DNA from: Oceanispirochaeta sp.
GTDB taxonomy: Bacteria; Spirochaetota; Spirochaetia; DSM-2461
NCBI GenBank assembly: GCA_963666275.2
Contig: CAXXOA010000002.1
Coordinates: 1,312,001 to 1,376,000 of the forward strand
Length of the DNA stretch: 64,000 bases
Direction of reading: 5' to 3'
The translations under genes were made by a program, and so were the position numbers. Positions 37,602 to 47,428 of this stretch are shown here, in pieces (positions within the stretch are counted from its first letter, which is position 1; each line of letters opens with the position of its first letter). Under the pieces are notes generated by a model that had not been told where the DNA came from, ran no database searches, and saw nothing but the letters and a program-made list of their open reading frames with translations.

Positions 37602-37683
37602 GTTCACCAGATGAACGCATAATGCATGTTCATGTGGTGAACTGCACGTTCATGACGTGAACGCCGGTGTTCACCTGGTGAAC
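37602..37683. repeat. Array of four GTTCA-N5-TGAAC palindromes followed by an AT-rich tract
   Basis: Units start at 37602, 37628, 37648 and 37669; AT-rich run at about 37686-37728. Confidence 0.85.
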
Positions 37684-37987
37684 CGATATATATAGATATA
37701 AATAAACTTATAAATATAATACTACTATAGGAATCTTCGATTCATATTGCATATAGGAGCTGAAAGCTCATTCTTTCTTGCATAAAGATTAAGAATCTGT
37801 ACTGTCAGCGGAACCAATCACTGTAGAACTCTTCTGGTTAACGTGTTAATTACTTCATCTCATCTTCAATGATCTTTATAAATTTGTGATCAGCCATTGA
37901 AACTTGACTCCATGGTACAATAAACCGATGATCAAATTAAGTTGCTACAAAATGCAACAGTTATTTAGAAACTAGGTGACCATCATT

Positions 37988-38446
37988 ATGTTTAGTCTTG
38001 AAGCAGACTTGGTAGATCAATTTATCAATCATATAGAGAATCGAAATATTTATTGGAATTTAAGTAATATCCTCAAAGAGTTCAATTATTCAAATGGTAA
38101 GACAGATATAATTGCAACTGATGAAGATACTGTTTTTGCATTTGAAGCAAAACTTGATAAGTGGCGAAAAGCGATTAATCAGGCGTATAGAAATACGATA
38201 TTTGCAGATTACTCATATGTAATATTACCAAAATCTAGACAGACAATCTCAATGAAGAATAAATCTGAGTTTGAAAAATACGGGGTTGGGCTTATACTGG
38301 TAGATGAGCAAACTGCTGAGATTTCAATAACTGCAAAGAAAAATTTCCCAGGAAACAACTGGATTGTGAATAAAGCAAAAACAATGATGCAGGAGAAATG
38401 TAACGTCGCAAGTATATCAGGAGGTTGCGAGGGAGTATTGTCTTAG
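37988..38446 (+). CDS. PD-(D/E)XK nuclease-like protein (MmcB/sce7726-like)
   Basis: EF...GKTDII...FEAKL..WRKA..QA...FADYSYVILP...GVGL. Confidence 0.65.
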   Translation: MFSLEADLVDQFINHIENRNIYWNLSNILKEFNYSNGKTDIIATDEDTVFAFEAKLDKWRKAINQAYRNTIFADYSYVILPKSRQTISMKNKSEFEKYGVGLILVDEQTAEISITAKKNFPGNNWIVNKAKTMMQEKCNVASISGGCEGVLS

Positions 38447-38648
38447 GAAAAACCTTCATTTTGATAGGTACCTTGGTAATGGGGCGTTTAAAGAGGTTTA
38501 CTTAGTTCAAGATTCTTCTAGCAATATTGCATTAAAAATAATAAATCCTCAAAAAGCAAATCTTAAGAGATTGGAGAGGGAAGTTAAGTCTGTTCAAGTA
38601 TGTAGCTCTCCTTTTATATCCAAGTTTTTTGCTCTTGATACCTTCCAA
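38403..38648 (+). pseudogene. Truncated Hanks-type Ser/Thr protein kinase (N-lobe only)
   Basis: Not in the ORF track. Reads (T)SQVYQEVAREYCLRKNLHFDRYLGNGAFKEVYLV...IALKII...RLEREV; ACG sits where a start codon is expected after AGGAG; cut by the IS end. Confidence 0.8.
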
Positions 38649-38706
38649 TGACCCCAGCCCTTTAAACTGTACCACGATCTAGATTAGTTTTCAGCCGATT
38701 TATACA

Positions 38707-38991
38707 ATGGAGGCTGAAATGAAAAAGAGATTTACAGAAGAGCAAATTGTAAAAATCCTTAATGAGCAGGTTGCCGGTAAGAAGGTTAAAGAAATAGCCA
38801 GAGATTACGGTATCAGTGAGAATACTTTCTTTAATTGGAAAAAGAGGTATGGTGGAATGACTACCAAAGAAGTTGTCAGGTTAAGGCAACTAGAATCTGA
38901 AAATGAGAATTTAAAGAAGCTTGTTGCCGAACTTTCGTTGGACAATATGGCTCAAAAGGAAATCATAAAAAAGTTCTGCGACCCGGAGTAA
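38707..38991 (+). CDS. IS3-family transposase OrfA
   Basis: KKRFTEEQI, GISENTFFNWKKRYGG, LRQLESEN..LKKLVAEL. Confidence 0.92.
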   Translation: MEAEMKKRFTEEQIVKILNEQVAGKKVKEIARDYGISENTFFNWKKRYGGMTTKEVVRLRQLESENENLKKLVAELSLDNMAQKEIIKKFCDPE

Positions 38992-39002
38992 AGAAACAGG
39001 TT

Positions 39003-39836
39003 GTGAACCACCTGATTCAGAACTTCGGGATATCAGTTAGACGGGCATGTAAACTAGCTCAGATCGCAAGATCAACATTCCTGTATAGTAAGAAACCAAA
39101 CGATGATCATGTCATTCTGGAAGCAATCAAGAAGATCATTTCCAAAAACAGTAAATATGGCTGTGAGATGATCCATTTGAAGCTTAGACAGCAGGGAATG
39201 TTAATTAACCATAAAAGGATTGCACGGATCTATAGAGAGCAGGGATTGCAGTTAATAGCTAGAAAGCGTAGGAGGAAAATCGCATCAGAAGAACGAACTC
39301 CTGTTGATTTACCGGCAGCGCCGAATAAGTTGTGGGCAATGGATTTCATAAATGATTCAATCAGTTTCAACAGGAAGTTGAAAATACTAACAGTCATAGA
39401 TCCTGTTACTAATAAATCACCAGTTATCCATCCTGCTTATTCAATAACAGGTAACCATCTATCAGAGATTCTTGAAGAGGCATGTGAAATTCATGGATAT
39501 CCAGAGATTATTCAATGTGATAATGGACCTGAATTCAGAGGCCAAGAACTTGATAAGTGGTGTTTTAAACATGGCATTAAAATTAGTTATTCCAGACCTG
39601 GTAAGCCAATTGATAACTGCCATATTGAGAGTTTCAACGGTACATTCAGATATGAATGCTTGAATTCGAATTACTTTGAAACCCTTAAATCTGCAAGGCG
39701 TATTATTGAAAACTGGCGGAATGAATACAATGAGGAACGTCCTCAGAAAAGATTAAAAGGGATGACACCATCCCAATATGAAGATAAGCTAATAAGGCAG
39801 AAAACTAATCCTACAACTGGTCGAAATGTGGGGTGA
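39003..39836 (+). CDS. IS3-family transposase OrfB (DDE), fused to OrfA by -1 frameshift
   Basis: WAMDF, CDNGPEF, PGKPIDNCHIESFNG, YNEERP; the -1 frame is open from the slip site. Confidence 0.92.
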   Translation: MNHLIQNFGISVRRACKLAQIARSTFLYSKKPNDDHVILEAIKKIISKNSKYGCEMIHLKLRQQGMLINHKRIARIYREQGLQLIARKRRRKIASEERTPVDLPAAPNKLWAMDFINDSISFNRKLKILTVIDPVTNKSPVIHPAYSITGNHLSEILEEACEIHGYPEIIQCDNGPEFRGQELDKWCFKHGIKISYSRPGKPIDNCHIESFNGTFRYECLNSNYFETLKSARRIIENWRNEYNEERPQKRLKGMTPSQYEDKLIRQKTNPTTGRNVG

Positions 39837-39841
39837 GGTCA

Positions 39842-40207
39842 ATCAATCTAAATGATCTTGCTCAGGAGGATAAACCACAGAGGCTTGCTTCCTTAACAAG
39901 CCAAATAGAGGCGGAGAAAATCTATCTGATTATAAAAACAGATATTGAACCAAGAAGAGAGTTAGCGGATTCTTTGTTGATTACCAAACTACTCCAATTC
40001 ATACGTGAATTAACTCAAATTGAAAAAGAAATCGTAATAGCATTTAGTTCATTCGATATGATGATTTTTAAAGCTGCTGGTGCTAATCATTGTGCAACGA
40101 GCAAATTTTTTAACCTACGGAGGTTTACACCATCGAGGTTTGATGACAATTCTGGAGGTGGTGGTCAACTCCCATATTTCTTTTCAGAATCTCTATCAGC
40201 TTTCTAA
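39842..40207 (+). pseudogene. Fragment of an unknown protein whose 5' part was removed at the IS junction
   Basis: Frame is open from the IS end; protein-like sequence AAGA..CATSKFFNLRRFT..RF...GGGGQLPYFF; contains no kinase C-lobe motifs. Confidence 0.6.
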
Positions 40208-40591
40208 GCACAAAATATAATAATCATACAGGAGTAATTCGTTACTTACTATTATAGTGCTCTTAATGAGCTTTACAGCTCCTACTTTAGAATGATGATG
40301 AATGATAATGGGAATTAGAAGAAGTCCATCACATCCGGTAAAAAAGGAGCTTCTCGAGAATGGAATTCCGCCTTCATTTATGGGAATTCTGAAGAGGAAA
40401 ATAATTGCAAATGAGAAAGAATAGCAGTATAGAGTGTTTATAAATGCAAGTGTTATAAATGAGAAACCACTCTCATTTTAGAATGTTTGATTGAAGGTAT
40501 TCTTTTAAATATAAATAATAGCATTCCAAAACCTAAAGTTTTCATCATAATCATTTGAAAGAAAAGATACTCAAACTATAACAAAAAATAC

Positions 40592-40710
40592 TTGACGCTG
40601 ACAAAGTTTAGAAGTAATATGTGACCGTACACGCAAATATGAATTAGTTATTATTATATTATAAGGAAGGCAAGATGTTTTTTTGATGCGTGACCGGTAA
40701 CGCATCAAAA
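40592..40710 (+). promoter_or_regulatory. Promoter with two LacI-type operators
   Basis: TTGACG-N17-TAATAT; TGTGACCGTACACGCA (40620-40635); TTTTGATGCGTGACCGGTAACGCATCAAAA palindrome (40681-40710). Confidence 0.7.
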
Positions 40711-40748
40711 TAAAATATTATGAACTGTTTAAAATAAGGAGATAAGTC

Positions 40749-41747
40749 ATGAAAAAAGAGAAATTTTTAGTCTGTGTATTATTTGGAGTATTTGCAACGT
40801 TGGCGTTCGCATCGGGAACACAGGATATTGAATCAAAGGAAAAAGTTCCTACACTCATCATTGCCAGTTCAAATGCACCCGATTCTTTAATGGCAAAAAT
40901 GGGAGAAAGATTACAAGCAAATATAAACAATAGCGGAGTCCTAAGAGCTAAATATTTAACTGGACAATCATTGGGAGATATGCAACAGGTCATGGAACAA
41001 CATATGCAGGGTACTGTTGATATTGCTTTTGATCGTCCCCTCTGGTTTGCTCCATTTGTTTCTGATTTTCAAGTTCTCTCTTGGGGGTTTACGTTTAGAG
41101 ATAGAGGTCATTTAGAGCAATTTTACTCAAGCAGTATTTATGAGGGTATGAAAGAAAAAGTTCAAGAAAAGTTAGGAATCACTATTCTCTACTCTGCTCC
41201 AGATCAAGCGAGAGTAACATTTTCTAGAAAACCTATTGAAAATGCAGATGATGTAATAGGAATTAAAATGAGAGTGCCTCGAATTGAAACCTTTATTGAA
41301 CTTTGGGAGACTCTGGGGGCAAAACCTACTCAAGTGGCTTGGTCTGAAGCTTTTACATCTTTGAAAACAGGTGTTGTCGATGCTGCAGAATCCGACATAG
41401 CTGGTGCATGGTCTCAACGGTTCCATCAAGCGGGTAAATATATAGCACTTACAAATCATGTAATGATGGGGATATTTGTTTCTATTAATAGTGAAAAATT
41501 ATCTTCTCTTAATGATATTCAAAAATCTGCTTTGCAGGATGCTGTTATTGAAGCAGTACAGTGGGCAAGCTCTACTTCATCAAATAGTGTTAATGAAACA
41601 CTTGAGAAGATGGAAGCTGATGGGGCGATCATAAATGAGATTGATGTCTCACCATTTCAGGAAAAAAGTAGACAAGGTGTGCAAGATATGGAAGCAAGAG
41701 GTGTTTGGCCTAAGGGTCTTTGGCAGCAGATTCAAGATATATATTGA
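40749..41747 (+). CDS. dctP: TRAP transporter substrate-binding protein
   Basis: Signal peptide; GIKMRVP, LGAKPTQVAWSEAFTSLKTGVVDAAE, TNH. Confidence 0.9.
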   Translation: MKKEKFLVCVLFGVFATLAFASGTQDIESKEKVPTLIIASSNAPDSLMAKMGERLQANINNSGVLRAKYLTGQSLGDMQQVMEQHMQGTVDIAFDRPLWFAPFVSDFQVLSWGFTFRDRGHLEQFYSSSIYEGMKEKVQEKLGITILYSAPDQARVTFSRKPIENADDVIGIKMRVPRIETFIELWETLGAKPTQVAWSEAFTSLKTGVVDAAESDIAGAWSQRFHQAGKYIALTNHVMMGIFVSINSEKLSSLNDIQKSALQDAVIEAVQWASSTSSNSVNETLEKMEADGAIINEIDVSPFQEKSRQGVQDMEARGVWPKGLWQQIQDIY

Positions 41748-41787
41748 ACTGTCTCCAAATGAATAAAAAAAGAGATGGAGGTTCAAT

Positions 41788-42354
41788 ATGAATTGGTTTC
41801 TCGAAAAATATAAAGCAATATTGAGAACTATTGGCATAATAGAAATAGGTATCATCACCATAATGCTTGTATCTATTTTAATATTAATAATTGTTCAAAT
41901 TATTATGCGCTCAGTCTTTAATGAGCCTAATGCTTGGGCTGAAGAAGCTTCGGTATATTTATTTATCTGGATTACTATGATTGGCGCTAGTGCTGCATTA
42001 AAGATGATGCGACATATTACAATAAGAACCTTTGTCTCTTCTCTTAATAAAAAACTAGGTTTCTTTATTAGGATTACAATTTTCTCAATGATCATGATTG
42101 CACTGGTGATCATCATTATAAATATCCCAAGAATTATTAAAGTTGAGATGATTTCTAATACTGTATGTTTACCAATTGAAATCCCAAGAGCTTTTTTCTT
42201 CTCTATACCATTATTAATCTCTATGGTCTCTATGACTATAGTATTTTTGTATTATCTTCTTTCAACAATATATGAATTTATATCAGATAAGCCAGTTACT
42301 TCAATTATTCAATCAAACTTTCTTGATGATGAGACTGAAGAGGAGAAAATATGA
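41788..42354 (+). CDS. dctQ: TRAP transporter small permease
   Basis: QIIMR...WAEEASVYLFIW...GA...HI; four TM helices. Confidence 0.88.
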   Translation: MNWFLEKYKAILRTIGIIEIGIITIMLVSILILIIVQIIMRSVFNEPNAWAEEASVYLFIWITMIGASAALKMMRHITIRTFVSSLNKKLGFFIRITIFSMIMIALVIIIINIPRIIKVEMISNTVCLPIEIPRAFFFSIPLLISMVSMTIVFLYYLLSTIYEFISDKPVTSIIQSNFLDDETEEEKI

Positions 42355-43646
42355 GCTTAATATGGTTGTTGATTTTACTTATAATAATGTTTTCATTAAT
42401 TCTTTTAGAAATGCCTGTCGCTTTTTCATTAATAATTACTTCATTAATATTTTTGTTGGTTCAAGGGGTGAATACATTGCCATTAGTACTTGGAAGAATG
42501 GTGACAGGGTTAGAAAGTTTTGTGTTACTTGCAGTTCCTTTATTCATTCTTGCAGGGCACCTTCTAAATTCAAGTGGTATTACTAAGAGAATTTTTCATT
42601 TTTCAGAATGTCTCGTAGGTCATGTAAAAGGTGGATTAGGTCATGTGAATATTATGGCAAGTTTAATTTTTTCAGGAATGTCCGGGGTGGCACAAGCTGA
42701 TGCAGCTGGTCTTGGTATGATCGAAATCCGTGCGATGAAAGATGCTGGTTATCCTGTCCCTTTTAGTGCCGCTATAACTGCCGCATCTTCAATTATTGGT
42801 CCGATAATACCACCAAGTGTCATAATGGTATTATATGCGGTTATGTCTGGAGCATCTTTACCATCCTTATTCTTAGCAGGGATAATACCAGGACTATTAA
42901 TGTCACTAACTTTAATGTTAACTGTATGGGTAATGGTTCATTTTAAAATTGTTAATGTACCACCATCTCCTAAAGCAAGTATAAGAAAAACAATATTTGC
43001 TTTTTTACATGCAGTACCACCTTTAGCTGCTCCCACCTTATTACTGATAGGCTTGTTTACAGGTATAGCTACGCCAACAGAATTAGGAGCAATGATATGC
43101 TTATACGCAATAATCCTAGGAATTGTCTATAAAGAACTAACTCTGAAGCAATTGGTGAAAGCGTTAGCGAATACTGCAATAACATGTGGGATCTTAATGT
43201 TTATAGTAGTCGCTGCAGCACCTTATGGAGGTATGTTATCTATAACAGGATTTCCGGAAAAACTGTCAGAACTGATTCTTTTATTGAATTGTGACACATG
43301 GGTTATTTTAATATTCATAAATATCCTTTTCTTAATTTTAGGTTGTTTTCTTGAAACAACACCTGTGATGATTATTACAATACCTGTTCTAAAGCCAATA
43401 TTGGATGGATTGGGTGTAAGTCCAATTCATTTTGGAATAATAATGGTGATTAATTTATTGCTAGGAACATTAACACCTCCTTTTGGAGTTTTGCTTTTTG
43501 TTATGATGGATGTTGCTAAAGTAAAATTCTCCCAAATGGTAAGAGCTATAGCACCATTTTATATTCCATTACTTATTTTCCTACTAATAATCACTTTTGT
43601 ACCTGCTTTATCTCTTTTTTTACCAGAATTAATTTTTAATACTTAA
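42351..43646 (+). CDS. dctM: TRAP transporter large permease
   Basis: LAVPLFILAG, FSGMSG, GPIIPPS, ATPTE, LTPPFG. Confidence 0.93.
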   Translation: MSLIWLLILLIIMFSLILLEMPVAFSLIITSLIFLLVQGVNTLPLVLGRMVTGLESFVLLAVPLFILAGHLLNSSGITKRIFHFSECLVGHVKGGLGHVNIMASLIFSGMSGVAQADAAGLGMIEIRAMKDAGYPVPFSAAITAASSIIGPIIPPSVIMVLYAVMSGASLPSLFLAGIIPGLLMSLTLMLTVWVMVHFKIVNVPPSPKASIRKTIFAFLHAVPPLAAPTLLLIGLFTGIATPTELGAMICLYAIILGIVYKELTLKQLVKALANTAITCGILMFIVVAAAPYGGMLSITGFPEKLSELILLLNCDTWVILIFINILFLILGCFLETTPVMIITIPVLKPILDGLGVSPIHFGIIMVINLLLGTLTPPFGVLLFVMMDVAKVKFSQMVRAIAPFYIPLLIFLLIITFVPALSLFLPELIFNT

Positions 43647-43669
43647 TTATTTTATTGGAGGTTGAAATT

Positions 43670-44980
43670 ATGCAAACTATTACTGAAAAAGAAAAAAAAA
43701 TCCCTGTGAAATTTGATGTTGATGTTCTTGTTGTTGGAGGAGGTCCCGCAGGATTTAGCTCATCTATTGCTTCTGCACGGTGTGGAGCTAAAACAGTCTT
43801 GATTGAATCATCTGGTATGATAGGAGGTGAATCAACTGCAGGTTTGATGAGTCATTGGACCGGAGATGTAAAAGGTCCAATTTTCGATGAGTTAATTGAA
43901 CGGACAAAAGAAACAGATGAAGACTATAATTTTTACAAAGATAAGATTCTAAAAGGAAAATATTTAATAAATACAGAGAAATTGAGATTAGAAATGCTTG
44001 AAATGCTTCATGAAGCAGGTGTTGAATGGCATCTTTTTACATTTTTTTCAGATGCAATAGTAGAAGATAATAAGTTAAAAGGAATAATTGTTGAAACAAA
44101 ATCTGGACGTTATGCAATTATAGCGAAAGTAATAATAGATGCAACTGGAGATGGTGATGTGTCATATAGAGCCGGAGCTGATTATTGGATTGGACGTGAG
44201 TCTGATGGAGCAATGCAACCAATGTCAATTATGTTTAAGATTGGTGGAGTTGATTATTCAAAAGCAATTTTCCCTGGAGAGTTTATTGATCATTTTGAAA
44301 TTAATGGGAAGAGTATACAAAATATAGGAAGAGAAGTTCTTCCATCACCTTCTGGACATGTCCTTTTATATCCAAATCCTCTTCCAGGAGTTGTTACTGT
44401 CAATATGACCAATTCTATAAACAAAAATGGACTCTCTCCAAAGGAAATAACTGATGCTGATTTAGAATGTCGACGTCAGATTCCTCATATATTAAATTTT
44501 CTTAAAAAGTATGCTCCAGGTTATGAAAATTCATTTCTATTAACATCTGCTGCTCGTATTGGTGTTCGAGAAACCCGGCATATTAAAGGATTATATATTT
44601 TTAATGAGAATGACATCCTTGAAGGGAAAAAATTTGATGATTGGATTGCCACTAAAAATTGGTTTTTCTTTGACATGCATAATATTTCTGGTCCTGGTTT
44701 AGATGAAGCTGGAAAAGTGTATCAAAAAGAGACAAATTATTTTTCTATGCCCTACAGAAGCTTCGTCCCTGAAAAAATTGATGGTTTACTAATGGCAGGA
44801 CGATGCATATCAGGAACACATGTTGCTCATTCTGCTTACAGAATAATGCCGATTTGTGTTAACATGGGGCAAGGTGTAGGAACAGCTGCCGCATATTGTG
44901 CTAAGAATGATGTTAATCCTCGTGATGCGGATGTAACAATTATCCAAAAAATGCTAATAAAACAAGGCGTAGAGCTTTAA
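43670..44980 (+). CDS. FAD-dependent oxidoreductase
   Basis: DVLVVGGGPAG, IDATGDGD, GVRETR, AGRCIS, MGQGVGTAA. Confidence 0.88.
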   Translation: MQTITEKEKKIPVKFDVDVLVVGGGPAGFSSSIASARCGAKTVLIESSGMIGGESTAGLMSHWTGDVKGPIFDELIERTKETDEDYNFYKDKILKGKYLINTEKLRLEMLEMLHEAGVEWHLFTFFSDAIVEDNKLKGIIVETKSGRYAIIAKVIIDATGDGDVSYRAGADYWIGRESDGAMQPMSIMFKIGGVDYSKAIFPGEFIDHFEINGKSIQNIGREVLPSPSGHVLLYPNPLPGVVTVNMTNSINKNGLSPKEITDADLECRRQIPHILNFLKKYAPGYENSFLLTSAARIGVRETRHIKGLYIFNENDILEGKKFDDWIATKNWFFFDMHNISGPGLDEAGKVYQKETNYFSMPYRSFVPEKIDGLLMAGRCISGTHVAHSAYRIMPICVNMGQGVGTAAAYCAKNDVNPRDADVTIIQKMLIKQGVEL

Positions 44981-45006
44981 TCCTAAGAAAGTTTAGTGGA
45001 ATAAGT

Positions 45007-46032
45007 ATGGCAACAATTAGAGATGTAGCAAAATTAGCAGGAGTGTCTATTGGCACTGTAGATCGAATTCTTCATGAACGTGGGCGTTACTCAAAGGAAG
45101 CTTCAAAAAAAGTGTGGACTGCTGTCAAAGAATTAGATTATAAACCTAATATAACAGCAAGAAATCTCTCAATGTCAAAAAGTTTTAATATGGGCGTACT
45201 TATTCCATTTGAACATCAAGGAAGTGGATATTGGGGGTCCCCATTACGAGGAATGCTACAGGCTGTTAAGGAATTGGATGCCTATCGTGCCAATCTTTCT
45301 ATTTTCAATTTTGATCGATTTAATGCTAAAGACTTTGTAAAGGCAGCATATGAGATGTTGAATAAACCACTTGATGGTTATTTAATAGCACCAGTTTATA
45401 CCGAACAATCGCTTCAAATCATGAGTTTGATTACACCTCAGAAGCCTGTAGTTTTTTTCAATTCCGATTTATCTGGTTGCACTCGTTTATGCTATATTGG
45501 GCAAAATTCTTTCTTGAGTGGTCAAATAGCTGCGAGATTAATGCGATTATTACTAAAAAAATCTAATTATAAAACTTTACTCATTAGATCTAATGAAGCG
45601 AATATACACTTAGAGAATAGAACAAAAGGATATATAGATAATTTAGGTATTTTTACAAAAGTGGTTTTATATGACGAACAAGAATATTATAACAAAGAAA
45701 AATATTATAGGATGTTGGATGAGCATTTAAACAATGAAATCAAAGGAATCTTTGTAACTGATGCTTCGGTTTTTCGTGTAGCTGACTATTTATATGATAA
45801 AGGTTTGAAAAGTAAGATTAGTTTAATTGGATGTGATTTAACTTATGAAAACCGAATTAGAATTAGCAATGATCAAATTGATTTTTTATTAACACAAAGA
45901 CCTGTGGAAATGGGGTATGAAGCTGTTAATATTCTTTATAGAAAAATTATCTTAGAAGAAAAAATATTCATTGATAAAATTATGCCTATTGATATTTTAA
46001 CCCAAGAAAATCAAGAATATTTTAATTTTTAA
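45007..46032 (+). CDS. LacI family regulator
   Basis: TIRDVAKLAGVSIGTVDR, YKPN..AR.L. Confidence 0.93.
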   Translation: MATIRDVAKLAGVSIGTVDRILHERGRYSKEASKKVWTAVKELDYKPNITARNLSMSKSFNMGVLIPFEHQGSGYWGSPLRGMLQAVKELDAYRANLSIFNFDRFNAKDFVKAAYEMLNKPLDGYLIAPVYTEQSLQIMSLITPQKPVVFFNSDLSGCTRLCYIGQNSFLSGQIAARLMRLLLKKSNYKTLLIRSNEANIHLENRTKGYIDNLGIFTKVVLYDEQEYYNKEKYYRMLDEHLNNEIKGIFVTDASVFRVADYLYDKGLKSKISLIGCDLTYENRIRISNDQIDFLLTQRPVEMGYEAVNILYRKIILEEKIFIDKIMPIDILTQENQEYFNF

Positions 46033-46195
46033 ATTATTGATAACACGAGCCTGTAATTTTTTCAATTTAAAAATTCATTTCTCGTTCTGAAATCATACCA
46101 TCATATTCCAGGTCGCTCTAAGTGAAATAGAAAAATAGTAAAAAATAATGAGCCATGGAAGGATATTGATAATATCTATGTAACTGGATGAAAAT

Positions 46196-47380
46196 CTATC
46201 CCATTTCTTCCATAACAGTTCTAATTTTACTAAGCCTTTCAGCAGTTGCATGGTCATAATGCTGATTCATCTCTGTTGTAGAATGCCCAATGACCTTCAT
46301 TGTTACAGACTGGTCGAAGTGATCATTAAAGTAAGAGTTTGCGAAATGTCTGAGAGAATGGAATGTTAGGCTTCTCCCTTTCCGCTGTTCCTCGGTGATC
46401 TCGATGTTTACCAGAGCTCTTTGAAAAAACTTACCGATTGCTTTATGGTCTACAGGCTGCTCTCCATCACTAAAAGAAAATATATGTCCAAAGGGGTTTA
46501 CTACCTGGCATTGCTTCAGATAATTGGCAATATCGGGAGTTATTGGAACTATCCTTGTGTCTTTGGTTTTTGTCGATACTAATCCATATTTTCTATCCCA
46601 GGAATGGCAGATCTTCAGTTCTAGTTTTTCAAGATCAATATATTCATTTCGTAATGCCTGAATTTCGCCTATCCTGAGTCCACAAGAGGCTCCAAGGTAG
46701 GTGATGGTGAAATATAGCAATTGATTATCCCAAATATCTTCCAGAGCGTTTTTGTCCTTAAAAAGTTTGCGGTATTCAGACATTGTCAGGATCTGACGTT
46801 CTCTTTTCTGTTCTGCCATCCTTTTTACATTTAGGCAGGGATTGACTGTAAGATCTCCCAGCCGAGTTGCTTCACCCAGAATTATCTGCAGTGTGGTGTA
46901 ATAAACATTAATGGAACGGCCGGACAAGCCGTTCCGCTGCATTTTGAACATCCATTTTTCGATATGGGCTGGAGTGATTTCTGACAGTTTTAGATTTTTG
47001 AAAGAGGGGAGTAAGTTCTTCTCTAGTATTCGTCGGTTGTTATCGGCATTGCTTCGGGAGAGGATTCGTCCTCGTTTTTCTTCTGCAGAGATGAAGGGAC
47101 ATTTGCCCCAGATAAACCAGTTCTGTGTATATATTGAGAAAAGATCTTTTGTTTGGGTATTCAGTCGATCTTTTTCTTTGGTGAACTTTAAATGCTTTGC
47201 TGCTCTCATTGCTTGTCGTTCTGACTTGGCAAGATTTTCAGTATCAACATCCATACCGACAGAGAATCGATTTGATCTGTGGAAATGCACTCCGTCATCG
47301 GTATAGTAGTAGTAAAAATACCAGACTTTCTTCCCTCTGATAGGCTTCTTTAGCAGTACGATTTCTTTGCCTCGATGCAT
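46196..47380 (-). CDS. Tyrosine recombinase/integrase
   Basis: GLRIGEI, K (TKTK), FHSLRH, IGHS and HYDH catalytic residues; adjacent to the tRNA 3' end. Confidence 0.95.
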   Translation of the reverse strand: MHRGKEIVLLKKPIRGKKVWYFYYYYTDDGVHFHRSNRFSVGMDVDTENLAKSERQAMRAAKHLKFTKEKDRLNTQTKDLFSIYTQNWFIWGKCPFISAEEKRGRILSRSNADNNRRILEKNLLPSFKNLKLSEITPAHIEKWMFKMQRNGLSGRSINVYYTTLQIILGEATRLGDLTVNPCLNVKRMAEQKRERQILTMSEYRKLFKDKNALEDIWDNQLLYFTITYLGASCGLRIGEIQALRNEYIDLEKLELKICHSWDRKYGLVSTKTKDTRIVPITPDIANYLKQCQVVNPFGHIFSFSDGEQPVDHKAIGKFFQRALVNIEITEEQRKGRSLTFHSLRHFANSYFNDHFDQSVTMKVIGHSTTEMNQHYDHATAERLSKIRTVMEEMG

Positions 47381-47428
47381 AAAAACACTCCTTCATAATG
47401 TTAATCCAAGTAAGCAAAAAGATCAAAG

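Larger units (their letters stand above)
38649..39841 (+). mobile_element. IS3-family insertion sequence (IS407-like)
   Basis: TG...CA ends; imperfect IRs TGACCCCAGCCC / TGACCTCACCCC; orfA/orfB with an A-AAA-AAG -1 slip site at 38967-38973. No target duplication. Confidence 0.92.

Noticed and set aside
37602..37683. Palindrome array as a CRISPR array or LexA boxes
   Set aside because: Units are 15 bp with 5-11 bp gaps, too short for CRISPR, and no cas genes are present. Spacing does not fit GAAC-N4-GTTC or GTTC-N7-GTTC.
40302..40424. Short ORF (..IRRSPSHPVKKELL..) faintly like a HigA N-terminus
   Set aside because: About 40 codons with no HTH; the similarity is too weak.
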